From a bacterium (lineage in GTDB: Bacteria > Zhuqueibacterota > Zhuqueibacteria > Residuimicrobiales > Krinioviventaceae), in NCBI GenBank assembly GCA_963675755.2, contig CAXXMD010000003.1:2720001-2784000 (forward strand): a stretch of DNA of 64,000 nucleotides, in the 5' to 3' direction. Shown in pieces: positions 32,104 through 40,631 of the stretch. The stretch's first letter is position 1. Every line of letters begins with the position of its first letter. The notes beneath the pieces were generated by a model. It had not been told where the DNA came from. It saw only the letters and a list, made by a program, of their open reading frames with translations, and ran no database searches. The translations under genes were made by a program, and so were the position numbers.

Positions 32104-33279
32104 TTAGAATGTTGCTGTGTCAATCACATATCTATAACGGGCTTTTTTATCAACCACATTTTCCCATGCTTTATTGATTTGTTCAGCACTTATCATCTGA
32201 ATTTCTGGTTTCACATTGTTATCCGCACAATAATGAACAACTTCCTGGGTTTCAGGAATTCCACCAATCAGAGAAGCATTAAAATTAACACGAGATGCTG
32301 CCAACGCAATGTTGCTCAGATTGATTTGAAAACCTTCCGGCATGCCTACATAGGTGAAATTTCCATACGGTTTTACACAGGCAACATACGGTGCCGCGTT
32401 AAACTGGTAAGGAATGGTACAAATCATATAATCCAGTTTTTTGTTGTATGGCTGCATGCTGGTAAATTTGTCATCTACTACTATAACTTCTTTGGCACCC
32501 CACGATTTTATATCATCAACCTTGTCGGGTGAGGTTGTAAATGCATAAACTTCAGCACCTTTGGAAACAGCCAGTTTAACGGCCATGTGTCCCAGTCCAC
32601 CAATACCGGCAACACCTACTTTGTCTCCAATTTTAAAATCTTCTTTCATTAACGGAGAGTATGTGGTAATACCCGCACATAAAAGCGGAGCCGCTTCCTG
32701 AAGGCTTATGTGGTCAGGAATGTGGACAGCAAAGTGGTCCCTAACAACAATGTTGGTAGAGTATCCGCCCTGGGTAATGCCCGTGGGTGAGTTCTTGTCG
32801 GGATATCCGTATGTGAACAATGTTTGTCCATTTTCACAATAGTGTTCATCACCATGATTACAGCTGTCGCATTCCATACAACTGTCTACCATACATCCCA
32901 CACCGGCACGGTCACCCACTTTGAATTTGGTAACATTTTTACCAACCGCTGCAACAATACCTACAATTTCATGACCCGGAACCTGAGGATATTTTTGCGG
33001 ACCCCAGTGTCCTTTCATCTGATGGATGTCAGAGTGGCAAATACTTGCATATTTGATATCAATGAGTACATCATTATCGCCAACGGGTCTGCGTTCAAAC
33101 TCCCAGGGGCTCAATACACCCGAAGTGTCTTTTGCGGCATAACCCTTTGATTTTATATTTTGAGACATGTTATTATCCTTTGCTCCAATGGTGTTAGTTG
33201 CTGCGAACATGATTCCTGTACCTAATGCAGCAGATTGTTGTACAAATTTTCTTCTTGAAATATTATCATCTTTTTTCAT
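32104..33279 (-). CDS. Zn-dependent NAD(P) alcohol dehydrogenase (cinnamyl-ADH/YahK-like) with Tat-like N-terminal extension
   Basis: CHSD, GHEIVG, C-x2-C-x2-C-x7-C structural Zn site, APLLCAGITTY, GIGGLG; N-terminal SRRKFVQ. Confidence 0.92.
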   Translation of the reverse strand: MKKDDNISRRKFVQQSAALGTGIMFAATNTIGAKDNNMSQNIKSKGYAAKDTSGVLSPWEFERRPVGDNDVLIDIKYASICHSDIHQMKGHWGPQKYPQVPGHEIVGIVAAVGKNVTKFKVGDRAGVGCMVDSCMECDSCNHGDEHYCENGQTLFTYGYPDKNSPTGITQGGYSTNIVVRDHFAVHIPDHISLQEAAPLLCAGITTYSPLMKEDFKIGDKVGVAGIGGLGHMAVKLAVSKGAEVYAFTTSPDKVDDIKSWGAKEVIVVDDKFTSMQPYNKKLDYMICTIPYQFNAAPYVACVKPYGNFTYVGMPEGFQINLSNIALAASRVNFNASLIGGIPETQEVVHYCADNNVKPEIQMISAEQINKAWENVVDKKARYRYVIDTATF

Positions 33280-33297
33280 AATTTTCTCCAAAATGAA

Positions 33298-33675
33298 TTA
33301 CTTTTTTACAATTTTAACTGTCGTTGAGCGGGCACGATCACCAATCATAGACCCAAGGTATGGGCTGGTGCTATACTTTGCACGATAAGCCTTATTAATC
33401 GAGTCGTTGAGATTGGCATCTGCGTCTGCCTGTTCAAATATCACTTTGTGGGTCATACCCGCGGTAGTGATACGTCCGGCTTTTTGAGAAATGGCTGATT
33501 TGTACCAACTGGAATTTTTGCCATTATACGCGCGTACATAGAGTTCATTATCAACTACAACAGACCAGATCCAGGTTGGTGTACCATAGGTTACACCGTC
33601 AGCTCGAAAGGGAGAGATGTGCAAATCATCAGAGCTGCTTATTTTTATTAATTCATCTTTTGCCCAATTTGCCAT
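33298..33675 (-). CDS. DUF2255-family protein
   Basis: DDLHISPFRADG.TYGTPTWIWSV...LYVRAYNG..S.WY. Confidence 0.8.
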   Translation of the reverse strand: MANWAKDELIKISSSDDLHISPFRADGVTYGTPTWIWSVVVDNELYVRAYNGKNSSWYKSAISQKAGRITTAGMTHKVIFEQADADANLNDSINKAYRAKYSTSPYLGSMIGDRARSTTVKIVKK

Positions 33676-33690
33676 GATCTCACATTCCTT

Positions 33691-34179
33691 TTATAAATTA
33701 CTATACTCTTTATCAGTTACAGGTTCCATCCAGTTTACTATGCCTTTTTCCGTATTGGGTACAATATAGATATGACTCATGCCCTGATCTTTGGATGCAC
33801 CATGCCAGTGGATGGTATCTGGCGGACATTTTACAACATCGCCTTTACGGATAATCTCGATGGGATGTCCTTTAATCTGGTGATAGCCCACACCTTCGGT
33901 TACGATCAATATCTACCCACTGGGATGAGAGTGCCAGTTGCTTCTGGCACCGGCTTCAAAAAATACATTGCCGGCAGCTGTTGTAAAAACAGAGTCATTG
34001 TTCACCAGACCGGTAACCCATGCATTTCCAGTGAAAAACTTTTCAGGTGCCAGTTGTCCTTTAGGAAAAATCGAGCTTTGTTCTAACGTACTGGTCGAGT
34101 CCTCAATTTTTTGGCAGCCCTGATTTATAACTGCAAAAACCATTGTTGTAAAAATGATTGCTATTTTGAATCTATTCAT
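33691..34179 (-). pseudogene. Cupin-domain lipoprotein interrupted by one in-frame TAG
   Basis: Reads WHSHPSG-TAG(33915-33913)-ILIVTEGVGYHQ in one frame; the paralog at 35683-36084 has Q at that position. Confidence 0.85.
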
Positions 34180-34200
34180 ATGACTATCCTTTGCTTTTTT

Positions 34201-34662
34201 TTATTCAACTAACATGATGCTGACATTTAAAGAATTTTTCGAACTTAATTCTTGAATACCTTGTTCTATTTTTCCAAGATTAATGAGCCCGCTGGCATAG
34301 CCAAAATCTTTGTAAAATATTGCCAAATTACCCCAGGGCGCATAATATGTGATATCTCCAACGGAGGGATCATAACCTGCGGGAGCATTTTTCGTTGTTA
34401 GTTTTTTTGGCAGATCGCTTACTTTTTCTGTACCGGCGTAATCTTTTAATTCAAGATCTAACGGAAGCAAAGAAATAAAATCTCTTGTTGTGGGGGTATC
34501 TTGCAATGTAGCATAAAGTGTGGTATCTTGGCCTACTATTTTAATCTTATATTGTTTAGAATCATCCATTGTATTGCCTTTTACAATCTGTTCATTATTG
34601 CAATTAAGAGCAAGTAAAACCAGTAAAATCAATTTTACTATATATTGTATTTTTATATTCAT
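34201..34662 (-). CDS. Cyclophilin-like fold lipoprotein
   Basis: LALNC lipobox; ATL.D..T.RDF...LPL, GDITYYAPWGNLAIFY. Confidence 0.82.
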   Translation of the reverse strand: MNIKIQYIVKLILLVLLALNCNNEQIVKGNTMDDSKQYKIKIVGQDTTLYATLQDTPTTRDFISLLPLDLELKDYAGTEKVSDLPKKLTTKNAPAGYDPSVGDITYYAPWGNLAIFYKDFGYASGLINLGKIEQGIQELSSKNSLNVSIMLVE

Positions 34663-34773
34663 TATTTTTTAAGACATTGAATTATCATGTTTGTTCAATT
34701 TTAAAAGAGCCTCTAAAAATTGTACCTGATTAATAGTCTCTAGAGACTCATGCAGTCAGTTTAATGTTAGTTT

Positions 34774-35640
34774 TTATTCCATTTTGCCGCCATATACTGG
34801 AAACATACTGGCTTCTCCATAATCTTTGATTGTTTCCAGGTTTTTCAACTGTTCCATGTCTTCCGGTGAAATCTCAAAATCTACCTCTGCATTATTTTTC
34901 ATATGTTCAGGATTTGCAGTTTTGGGTAACGGAAGCATATCCAGTTCAAGACAGTATCGAATAGACAACTGTGGTACGGATACACCATATTTTTCGGCCA
35001 TTTTAGAGATTTTTTCATTTTTCATCAATTCACCATGAGCAACAGGGGAGTAGGCTTCTACAAGAATGCCATTATCCTGACAGTATTGAATCAGTTCTTT
35101 GGGTGTATTGCTTATATGTGCCAAAATTTGATTCACCATGGGTTTAACCGTGCAGGATTCAAGAATATTATCTATGTCTGCTTTTTCAAAGTTTGAAATT
35201 CCTATAGAACGCAGCTTTCCTGCTTTATAGGCGTCTTCTAACGCTCTCCAGGCTTCACGATTGCCTTCAAGGTAGGAATCATCTTTGTGGAATTCCATCC
35301 AGGGTTTGGGACTGTGAATAATCATCAGGTCAATATAATCGAGTCCTAATGTCTTGAGAGAATTGTCTATGGATGCAACTGCTTCATTATACGACTTTAC
35401 TTCCGCGGCAAGTTTTGTGGTTACAAACAATTCTTCTCTTTTAACGCCACAGGTTCTTATGCCTTCACCAACACCGTTTTCATTTTGATATGCCTGAGCT
35501 GTATCGATATGTCTGTAACCTAAATTTACTGCATCTTTGACGGCCTGTACAGAATCCTGATCACTGATAAACCAGGTCCCCAGACCCAGCTTGGGAATCT
35601 CTACGCCATTGGATAGTGTATATGTTTCTTTTAAAATCAT
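34774..35640 (-). CDS. Aldo/keto reductase (2,5-diketo-D-gluconate reductase-like)
   Basis: GLGTW, GYRHIDTAQAY, FVTTKL, IHSP, IGISNF, LPKT. Confidence 0.95.
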   Translation of the reverse strand: MILKETYTLSNGVEIPKLGLGTWFISDQDSVQAVKDAVNLGYRHIDTAQAYQNENGVGEGIRTCGVKREELFVTTKLAAEVKSYNEAVASIDNSLKTLGLDYIDLMIIHSPKPWMEFHKDDSYLEGNREAWRALEDAYKAGKLRSIGISNFEKADIDNILESCTVKPMVNQILAHISNTPKELIQYCQDNGILVEAYSPVAHGELMKNEKISKMAEKYGVSVPQLSIRYCLELDMLPLPKTANPEHMKNNAEVDFEISPEDMEQLKNLETIKDYGEASMFPVYGGKME

Positions 35641-35682
35641 TTCAATATCTCCTATATAAAAGTTTAGCTTTTTAATTTTGTT

Positions 35683-36084
35683 TTATGCACCAAGTTTTGC
35701 ATATTCTTCGTCAGTAACAGGACCGCGCCATTCTGTTGTTGCACCTTCAACCGGTACGGTTAAAGCGATATGTGCAAACCAACTATCTTTGGTTGCGCCA
35801 TGCCAGTGATTCACTCCAACAGGTATGTTTACTACGTCTCCTGGTTTTAACCGTTGTGCAGGTTTACCTTCTTCCTGGTACCAGCCTTCACCTGCTGTAC
35901 AGAAAAGAATTTGTCCACCTTTATCATGTATATGCCAGTTGTTACGGCATCCCGGTTCAAAGGTTATATTAAAAGCAGGTACACCTTCAAGTGTTAATAC
36001 TGATATATAGCTTTGTCCTATAAAGTAATCTGCATAGGCATCGTTCTTTTGTCCTAATGGAAAGATTTGCTTAAATTCACTCAT
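35683..36084 (-). CDS. Cupin-domain protein
   Basis: FEPGCRNNWHIH...GQIL...GDVV.IP.G..HWHGA. Confidence 0.92.
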   Translation of the reverse strand: MSEFKQIFPLGQKNDAYADYFIGQSYISVLTLEGVPAFNITFEPGCRNNWHIHDKGGQILFCTAGEGWYQEEGKPAQRLKPGDVVNIPVGVNHWHGATKDSWFAHIALTVPVEGATTEWRGPVTDEEYAKLGA

Positions 36085-36105
36085 TATATATTCTCCTTTA
36101 AATTA

Positions 36106-36867
36106 TTATTTATTCTCGGGTATTACTTTATTGATACAACCTAGTGCGTTTAACGTTCTTGGAAAACCCATATAGGGTAAACATTGCGTAATTGCTGAAA
36201 TCATGGCGTTTTTATCGTTTCCTGCATTTAAATTGCCAAAAACATGAGATTCTACCTGGCTTTCACATCCTCCCATAGCACTGAGAATACACAATGTCAA
36301 CAATTCACGAGTCTTAACATCCAAAGTTCCTCGAGTATAGACATCTCCAAAACAAAAGGCTGATAAATAATTTTGTATATGTTTCTGATTATCTGGTGCG
36401 TTTTGATGCATTTGGTCTATTATATCGTCAAAGATGGATTTCTGGACCGCCAAGCCTTTATCGAATCGGGTTTCTTCGGTAACCTGCTTTTGGCTTTTCA
36501 CCGGAAGGGAGATGTTGGCAGTTTTAAAAATCTCATTAACCTGTTGAATCGCATCCAGTGTTTTAGGGAAACCCAAATAAGGTGTACATTGATAAATAGC
36601 TTCCTTTATTTCAACAGGTGATGCACCAATGTTCAATGCCGCCCAAACGTGTGCTTTTAATTGGTTCAAGTTTTGATTTGTGGCTAAAACAACCAAGGTT
36701 ATTAACTCTCTCAGCTTGTCTGTTAAATTTCCTTGATAAAAAACCTCGCCGAAAATAAAATTGTTCAGCATTTCCTGAATATCCGGATCTGTTTCAGCTA
36801 ACGGTCCGGTATGGTTACCAAACAGCTCATTAAATTTTTCCTGACTTTTTTCAACTCTATTTTTCAT
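36106..36867 (-). CDS. Carboxymuconolactone decarboxylase (CMD/AhpD) family protein, two domains
   Basis: Duplicated FG......L....RELITL...PY.GFP repeats. Confidence 0.9.
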   Translation of the reverse strand: MKNRVEKSQEKFNELFGNHTGPLAETDPDIQEMLNNFIFGEVFYQGNLTDKLRELITLVVLATNQNLNQLKAHVWAALNIGASPVEIKEAIYQCTPYLGFPKTLDAIQQVNEIFKTANISLPVKSQKQVTEETRFDKGLAVQKSIFDDIIDQMHQNAPDNQKHIQNYLSAFCFGDVYTRGTLDVKTRELLTLCILSAMGGCESQVESHVFGNLNAGNDKNAMISAITQCLPYMGFPRTLNALGCINKVIPENK

Positions 36868-36890
36868 ATTTCACCTGTAATAATTTCATA

Positions 36891-37382
36891 TTAATCATTT
36901 TTTAAAATTTTAATTCGTTTTAACCACGCATCTATTTCTGACGATGCTGTTATGCCGCCTCTACCATATAAATCAAGAACATCCAAAACAGTAGAATTTT
37001 GGCATAGGTTTTTTACTACGTCTTCATAGCGACCTTTACCACCACCGCCGTGTGTAATAAATGGAACAATTATTTTCCCTTTTAAACTTGCAAGTTTTAA
37101 AAAAGAGAGTACCGGTGGGGCCATTGTAGACCACCAGTTCGGTGAACCTATAAAAACCACATCATAAGAGTTTAGATCTTTAGGGAGGGACAAAAGTTCA
37201 GGCATGAATTCACTCTGAATTTCTTTTTTTGCCCTCTCTGTGCAAGAACTATAAGTATCTGGATACGCATTAACGGGTAATAATTCAAATAATTGGCCAC
37301 CCATTTTATCCTGAATCAATTGGGCAACGGTTCTTGTGTTACCTGACCAAGAGTAATAAATGATTATTGTCTTTTTTTTCAT
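36891..37382 (-). CDS. Flavodoxin
   Basis: YYSWSGNT, GSPNWW, PFITHGG. Confidence 0.92.
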   Translation of the reverse strand: MKKKTIIIYYSWSGNTRTVAQLIQDKMGGQLFELLPVNAYPDTYSSCTERAKKEIQSEFMPELLSLPKDLNSYDVVFIGSPNWWSTMAPPVLSFLKLASLKGKIIVPFITHGGGGKGRYEDVVKNLCQNSTVLDVLDLYGRGGITASSEIDAWLKRIKILKND

Positions 37383-37388
37383 TTTTCC

Positions 37389-37958
37389 TTAATCTATCTT
37401 TTTTATTACTTTGGCGGGAACGCCGCCAACTATTGTATTGTCTGGTACATCTTGAGAGACAACGGCACCGGCTGCAACTATGGAATTTTCTCCAACCGTT
37501 ACACCGGGAAGAATTATTGCACCGGCACCAATCCATGCATTTTTTTTAACAAGAACGGATTTTAATAAAAGTACTCTTCTATCAGCCGGATTTACAGGAT
37601 GACTTTCTGATAAAAGACTGACTTTGGGACCAATCATAACATCGTCTTGTATTGTGATGCCACCCATATCCAGAACGGTACAATCGTGATTAATAAATAC
37701 ATTACGCCCAATCCGGATAAATTTTCCAAAATTTGTGTAGAATGGAACCAGTATTCTTGTACTTTTGTCCAACTGTTAACCAATGATCTCACTCATTCTA
37801 TCTCTACTCTGGTTCGTGTCTGTAGAATTGTTGAGTTCAATCGTTAGCTTGATCGTTCTGGAAACCACATCAGAAATTTTTGAATACTGTGGATCATCAA
37901 AAGGAATTGATTCTCCTGCTTGCATTCTTTTTAAGATGTCTTGATTGGTTTTTTTCAT
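37389..37958 (-). pseudogene. Maltose/galactoside O-acetyltransferase (hexapeptide repeat) interrupted by one in-frame TAA
   Basis: ...MSEIIG-TAA(37778-37776)-QLDKSTRILVPFYTNFG... in one frame; WIGAGAIILPGVTVG, GGVPAKVI. Confidence 0.85.
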
Positions 37959-38046
37959 TTATCATCACGGGTTTCGGGTTAAATTATTTGTATTGGATTT
38001 AAGTAAAAAAACAGATTTAGTTCCTTTTTTGAAAATTCCGAAACAA

Positions 38047-38916
38047 TTAAACACAGCTTTCATGAACCAGTTCTTTTCGAATTTCAATTTCGCATTCAGT
38101 ATCAGCAGGTTGATTGTCATCTAAAATTATCTCTCCAATGGAATCTGCGCTGATATACCCTCTACCGGGATTTTTCACACTTTTAATCGATCCTTTAATT
38201 ACAGCACGAACATCGCTTTTTTCAAAGGCAAGGTCACAATCGATCATGGTACAATCTTCCAGAACAAGACCTTTTGTATAACAAAGCGGCTGAGTGCCAA
38301 TAATTTTACAACGGACCAGCTTGAGGTTTTCAGAATACCAGCCCAGATACTCTCCCTTGACAACACTATCCGTTACAGTAACATTCTTGCAGTGCCAGAA
38401 CGCATCTTTTGTGTCAAGATATGAGTTTTTGATCGCTACATTTTCAACGTATTGGAAAGAATATTTTCCTTTCAGGTTGAAATTGTTCATGTAAATGTTT
38501 TTACTGTGAAAAAACGGGTATTCTGAAGAGAGTTTTGAATCTTTTATGGTAATATCATCTGACATCCAGCCAAATTCATCAGATATAATTGAGCTGTTTT
38601 CAATGGTTATTTCACTGCATTCTCGGACGGCTTTGATGCCCTGAATATTACAGTTTTTAATAACAATATGTTTATCATACCAGAGTGCGGCACGACAACT
38701 TTCACTCATCAAACAATCTACGAGGTGAGCATTGTTAACATGCCATAACGGGTAACGAAGTTTAAAGTTGCTGTTTGTAATATAGATATTATCGCATTCC
38801 TTAAGAGCGGATTCTCCGTCAGCGGGACCATCAAATGTACAATTGAATATATTGGCGTTTTGGATTCCGTATAATGCTCGCTCTTGATCAAGTATTTCAT
38901 TTTCTATTATTTTCAT
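38047..38916 (-). CDS. DUF3737-family beta-helix protein
   Basis: ERALY, GESALKE, RYPLWH, GKYSFQY, KDAFW, GEYLGW, GTQPLCY. Confidence 0.85.
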   Translation of the reverse strand: MKIIENEILDQERALYGIQNANIFNCTFDGPADGESALKECDNIYITNSNFKLRYPLWHVNNAHLVDCLMSESCRAALWYDKHIVIKNCNIQGIKAVRECSEITIENSSIISDEFGWMSDDITIKDSKLSSEYPFFHSKNIYMNNFNLKGKYSFQYVENVAIKNSYLDTKDAFWHCKNVTVTDSVVKGEYLGWYSENLKLVRCKIIGTQPLCYTKGLVLEDCTMIDCDLAFEKSDVRAVIKGSIKSVKNPGRGYISADSIGEIILDDNQPADTECEIEIRKELVHESCV

Positions 38917-39218
38917 ATTTTTATTCCTTTTGACAGGTATTAATGGATTTTTTTAATACATGTCATTCGTTACTGCTAAAACCAACTCTAACTTTCGAGA
39001 TAAATATATAATAAAAAAGTGAAATCGAGATATACAAAAGGCGGGTATTATGATACATAATACCTATTATTTGGAATTTTAAGCGTTGTACTGGTTAGAT
39101 ATTTGTTTGAAAATTGTGGAAAAAATAAAAAGAGTGTTTTTGCATGAACAATCGGGTTTGTTTAGCAGCCCCAATGATTAAGAACTCGATTTTTAAGATA
39201 GAATTAAAAAAGGGTAGG

Positions 39219-39245
39219 ATAGGGTGAACCGTTGGCCCACCCTAT
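39219..39245. repeat. REP-like palindrome / possible terminator
   Basis: ATAGGGTG-AACCGTTGGCC-CACCCTAT. Confidence 0.5.
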
Positions 39246-39255
39246 GATTTTAAAT

Positions 39256-40464
39256 TTAGAATTTAATAAAACTTTTGATTGCATCTTTGTGCACGGTCAA
39301 GGCCATTATTTTCAGCTTTATATAATCTTCGTGAAAGAAAAAATATCCCTTGTTGGCACCGTTTCTTGAGCCTGAACCAGAGTCTTTGATTAGAAACCAG
39401 TAGTTGCCGTCTTTATTCATATAGCCGACAATGTGAATAACGTGATCGTCTGTTGTTGCTTTATTGCTGAAACGTAACTGACGGGCATTTTCATCTATAT
39501 ATTCGGATGGAATGTCAAATGTTGGCACCATGGCAACTTCTTTGTATGAATAACAACCCGGTTCGGAAACATCTCCGCCAACGACAATAGTGTATCCTTC
39601 TCTTAAAGCAGATTTAATAATTGACATGAATTTATCCAATTCGATGTTATAATATTCATCACTTTTCCACCAGTTATCCGGTACCGGATAGGTTACAAAT
39701 TCATTATAAGGCTTTTCTAACAGAGAAAGGAGATCAATATAATTATTAAAATCGATTTTTAGATCTTGCAAATATTCCAGTGGCGTTTTCTTTTTGCCAT
39801 TTACAGTTATGACCGTGGGTGGCTCACCAATATAATTGTTTAATATAGATTTTATGGTTTTGATTACTGTATCTTCATCCCAAAGCCAGTTTTCTTTTAC
39901 ATGCTTTAAATAGGCGTTCATTTCTTCAACCATGGGATCATGATTGTGAAAGGGTTCGCCATCTTCAAGTCCGGAATAGCATTCGGCGGGTACGATACCA
40001 TATTTTTGCCAAATGATGGGCACATGGTTTCCCATAGAGCCCTGGTCGAATAATGAATTTCCCTGTTTTTGAACATATCGACGTGCTTTTTCTACATATT
40101 CCCAGTAAACCGTGTACAATTCAGAGAGTTTGACTTTGCGTCCGGTGGTGCGATAAATTTCTGTTTCATAAAAGGAAGTTGTGCTGTAACACCAGCACAT
40201 GCCGGAATTTCCCTGCGAGACAGGATCATTGTGCCAGTATGTTTTAAACTCATCCTTTGATTGCGGTAAATCCATACCTTCAAAATCGAGTATGAATTTG
40301 ATATCCTCTCCTTCTGCAAACTTTTCGTTTTCTTTTTGAATATGGTCCCAGAATTCATTCTTTTTTTCAACAAAGGTGCCCTTGTCTTTATTAGGTGTTT
40401 GAGCTAAAAGAACCAGGGATATTAGTAAAACCAAAATGAAAGAGTTGTAAAATAATCTGAACAT
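39256..40464 (-). CDS. Secreted C1-family cysteine peptidase (aminopeptidase C / bleomycin hydrolase-like)
   Basis: Signal peptide; QGNSGMCW (Gln, Cys), TDDHVIHIVG (His), IKDSG. Confidence 0.88.
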   Translation of the reverse strand: MFRLFYNSFILVLLISLVLLAQTPNKDKGTFVEKKNEFWDHIQKENEKFAEGEDIKFILDFEGMDLPQSKDEFKTYWHNDPVSQGNSGMCWCYSTTSFYETEIYRTTGRKVKLSELYTVYWEYVEKARRYVQKQGNSLFDQGSMGNHVPIIWQKYGIVPAECYSGLEDGEPFHNHDPMVEEMNAYLKHVKENWLWDEDTVIKTIKSILNNYIGEPPTVITVNGKKKTPLEYLQDLKIDFNNYIDLLSLLEKPYNEFVTYPVPDNWWKSDEYYNIELDKFMSIIKSALREGYTIVVGGDVSEPGCYSYKEVAMVPTFDIPSEYIDENARQLRFSNKATTDDHVIHIVGYMNKDGNYWFLIKDSGSGSRNGANKGYFFFHEDYIKLKIMALTVHKDAIKSFIKF

Positions 40465-40583
40465 ACTTTCTCCTTTTGCAAGTTCGTTAAGGTATGCAGA
40501 TGATAGTTATTGAATTCATAATATCATGCAACAATCTCGTTACTGCTCATATACAGTTTGGGGATTGTTGTCTGAAAAAATGG

Positions 40584-40617
40584 AAAACCGGAATCCATTT
40601 GAAGGGATTCCGGTTTT
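40584..40617. terminator. Rho-independent terminator after the GH27 gene
   Basis: AAAACCGGAATCC-N8-GGATTCCGGTTTT. Confidence 0.8.
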
Positions 40618-40631
40618 TTATTATATAAATA

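Noticed and set aside
33913-33915. Pyrrolysine or genetic-code reassignment of TAG
   Set aside because: Several intact genes terminate with TAG, no pyl genes are seen, the position is a conserved Gln, and the second broken gene uses TAA.
23761-39245. Prophage or ICE
   Set aside because: No integrase, relaxase, conjugation, capsid or terminase genes and no tRNA attachment site were recognised.
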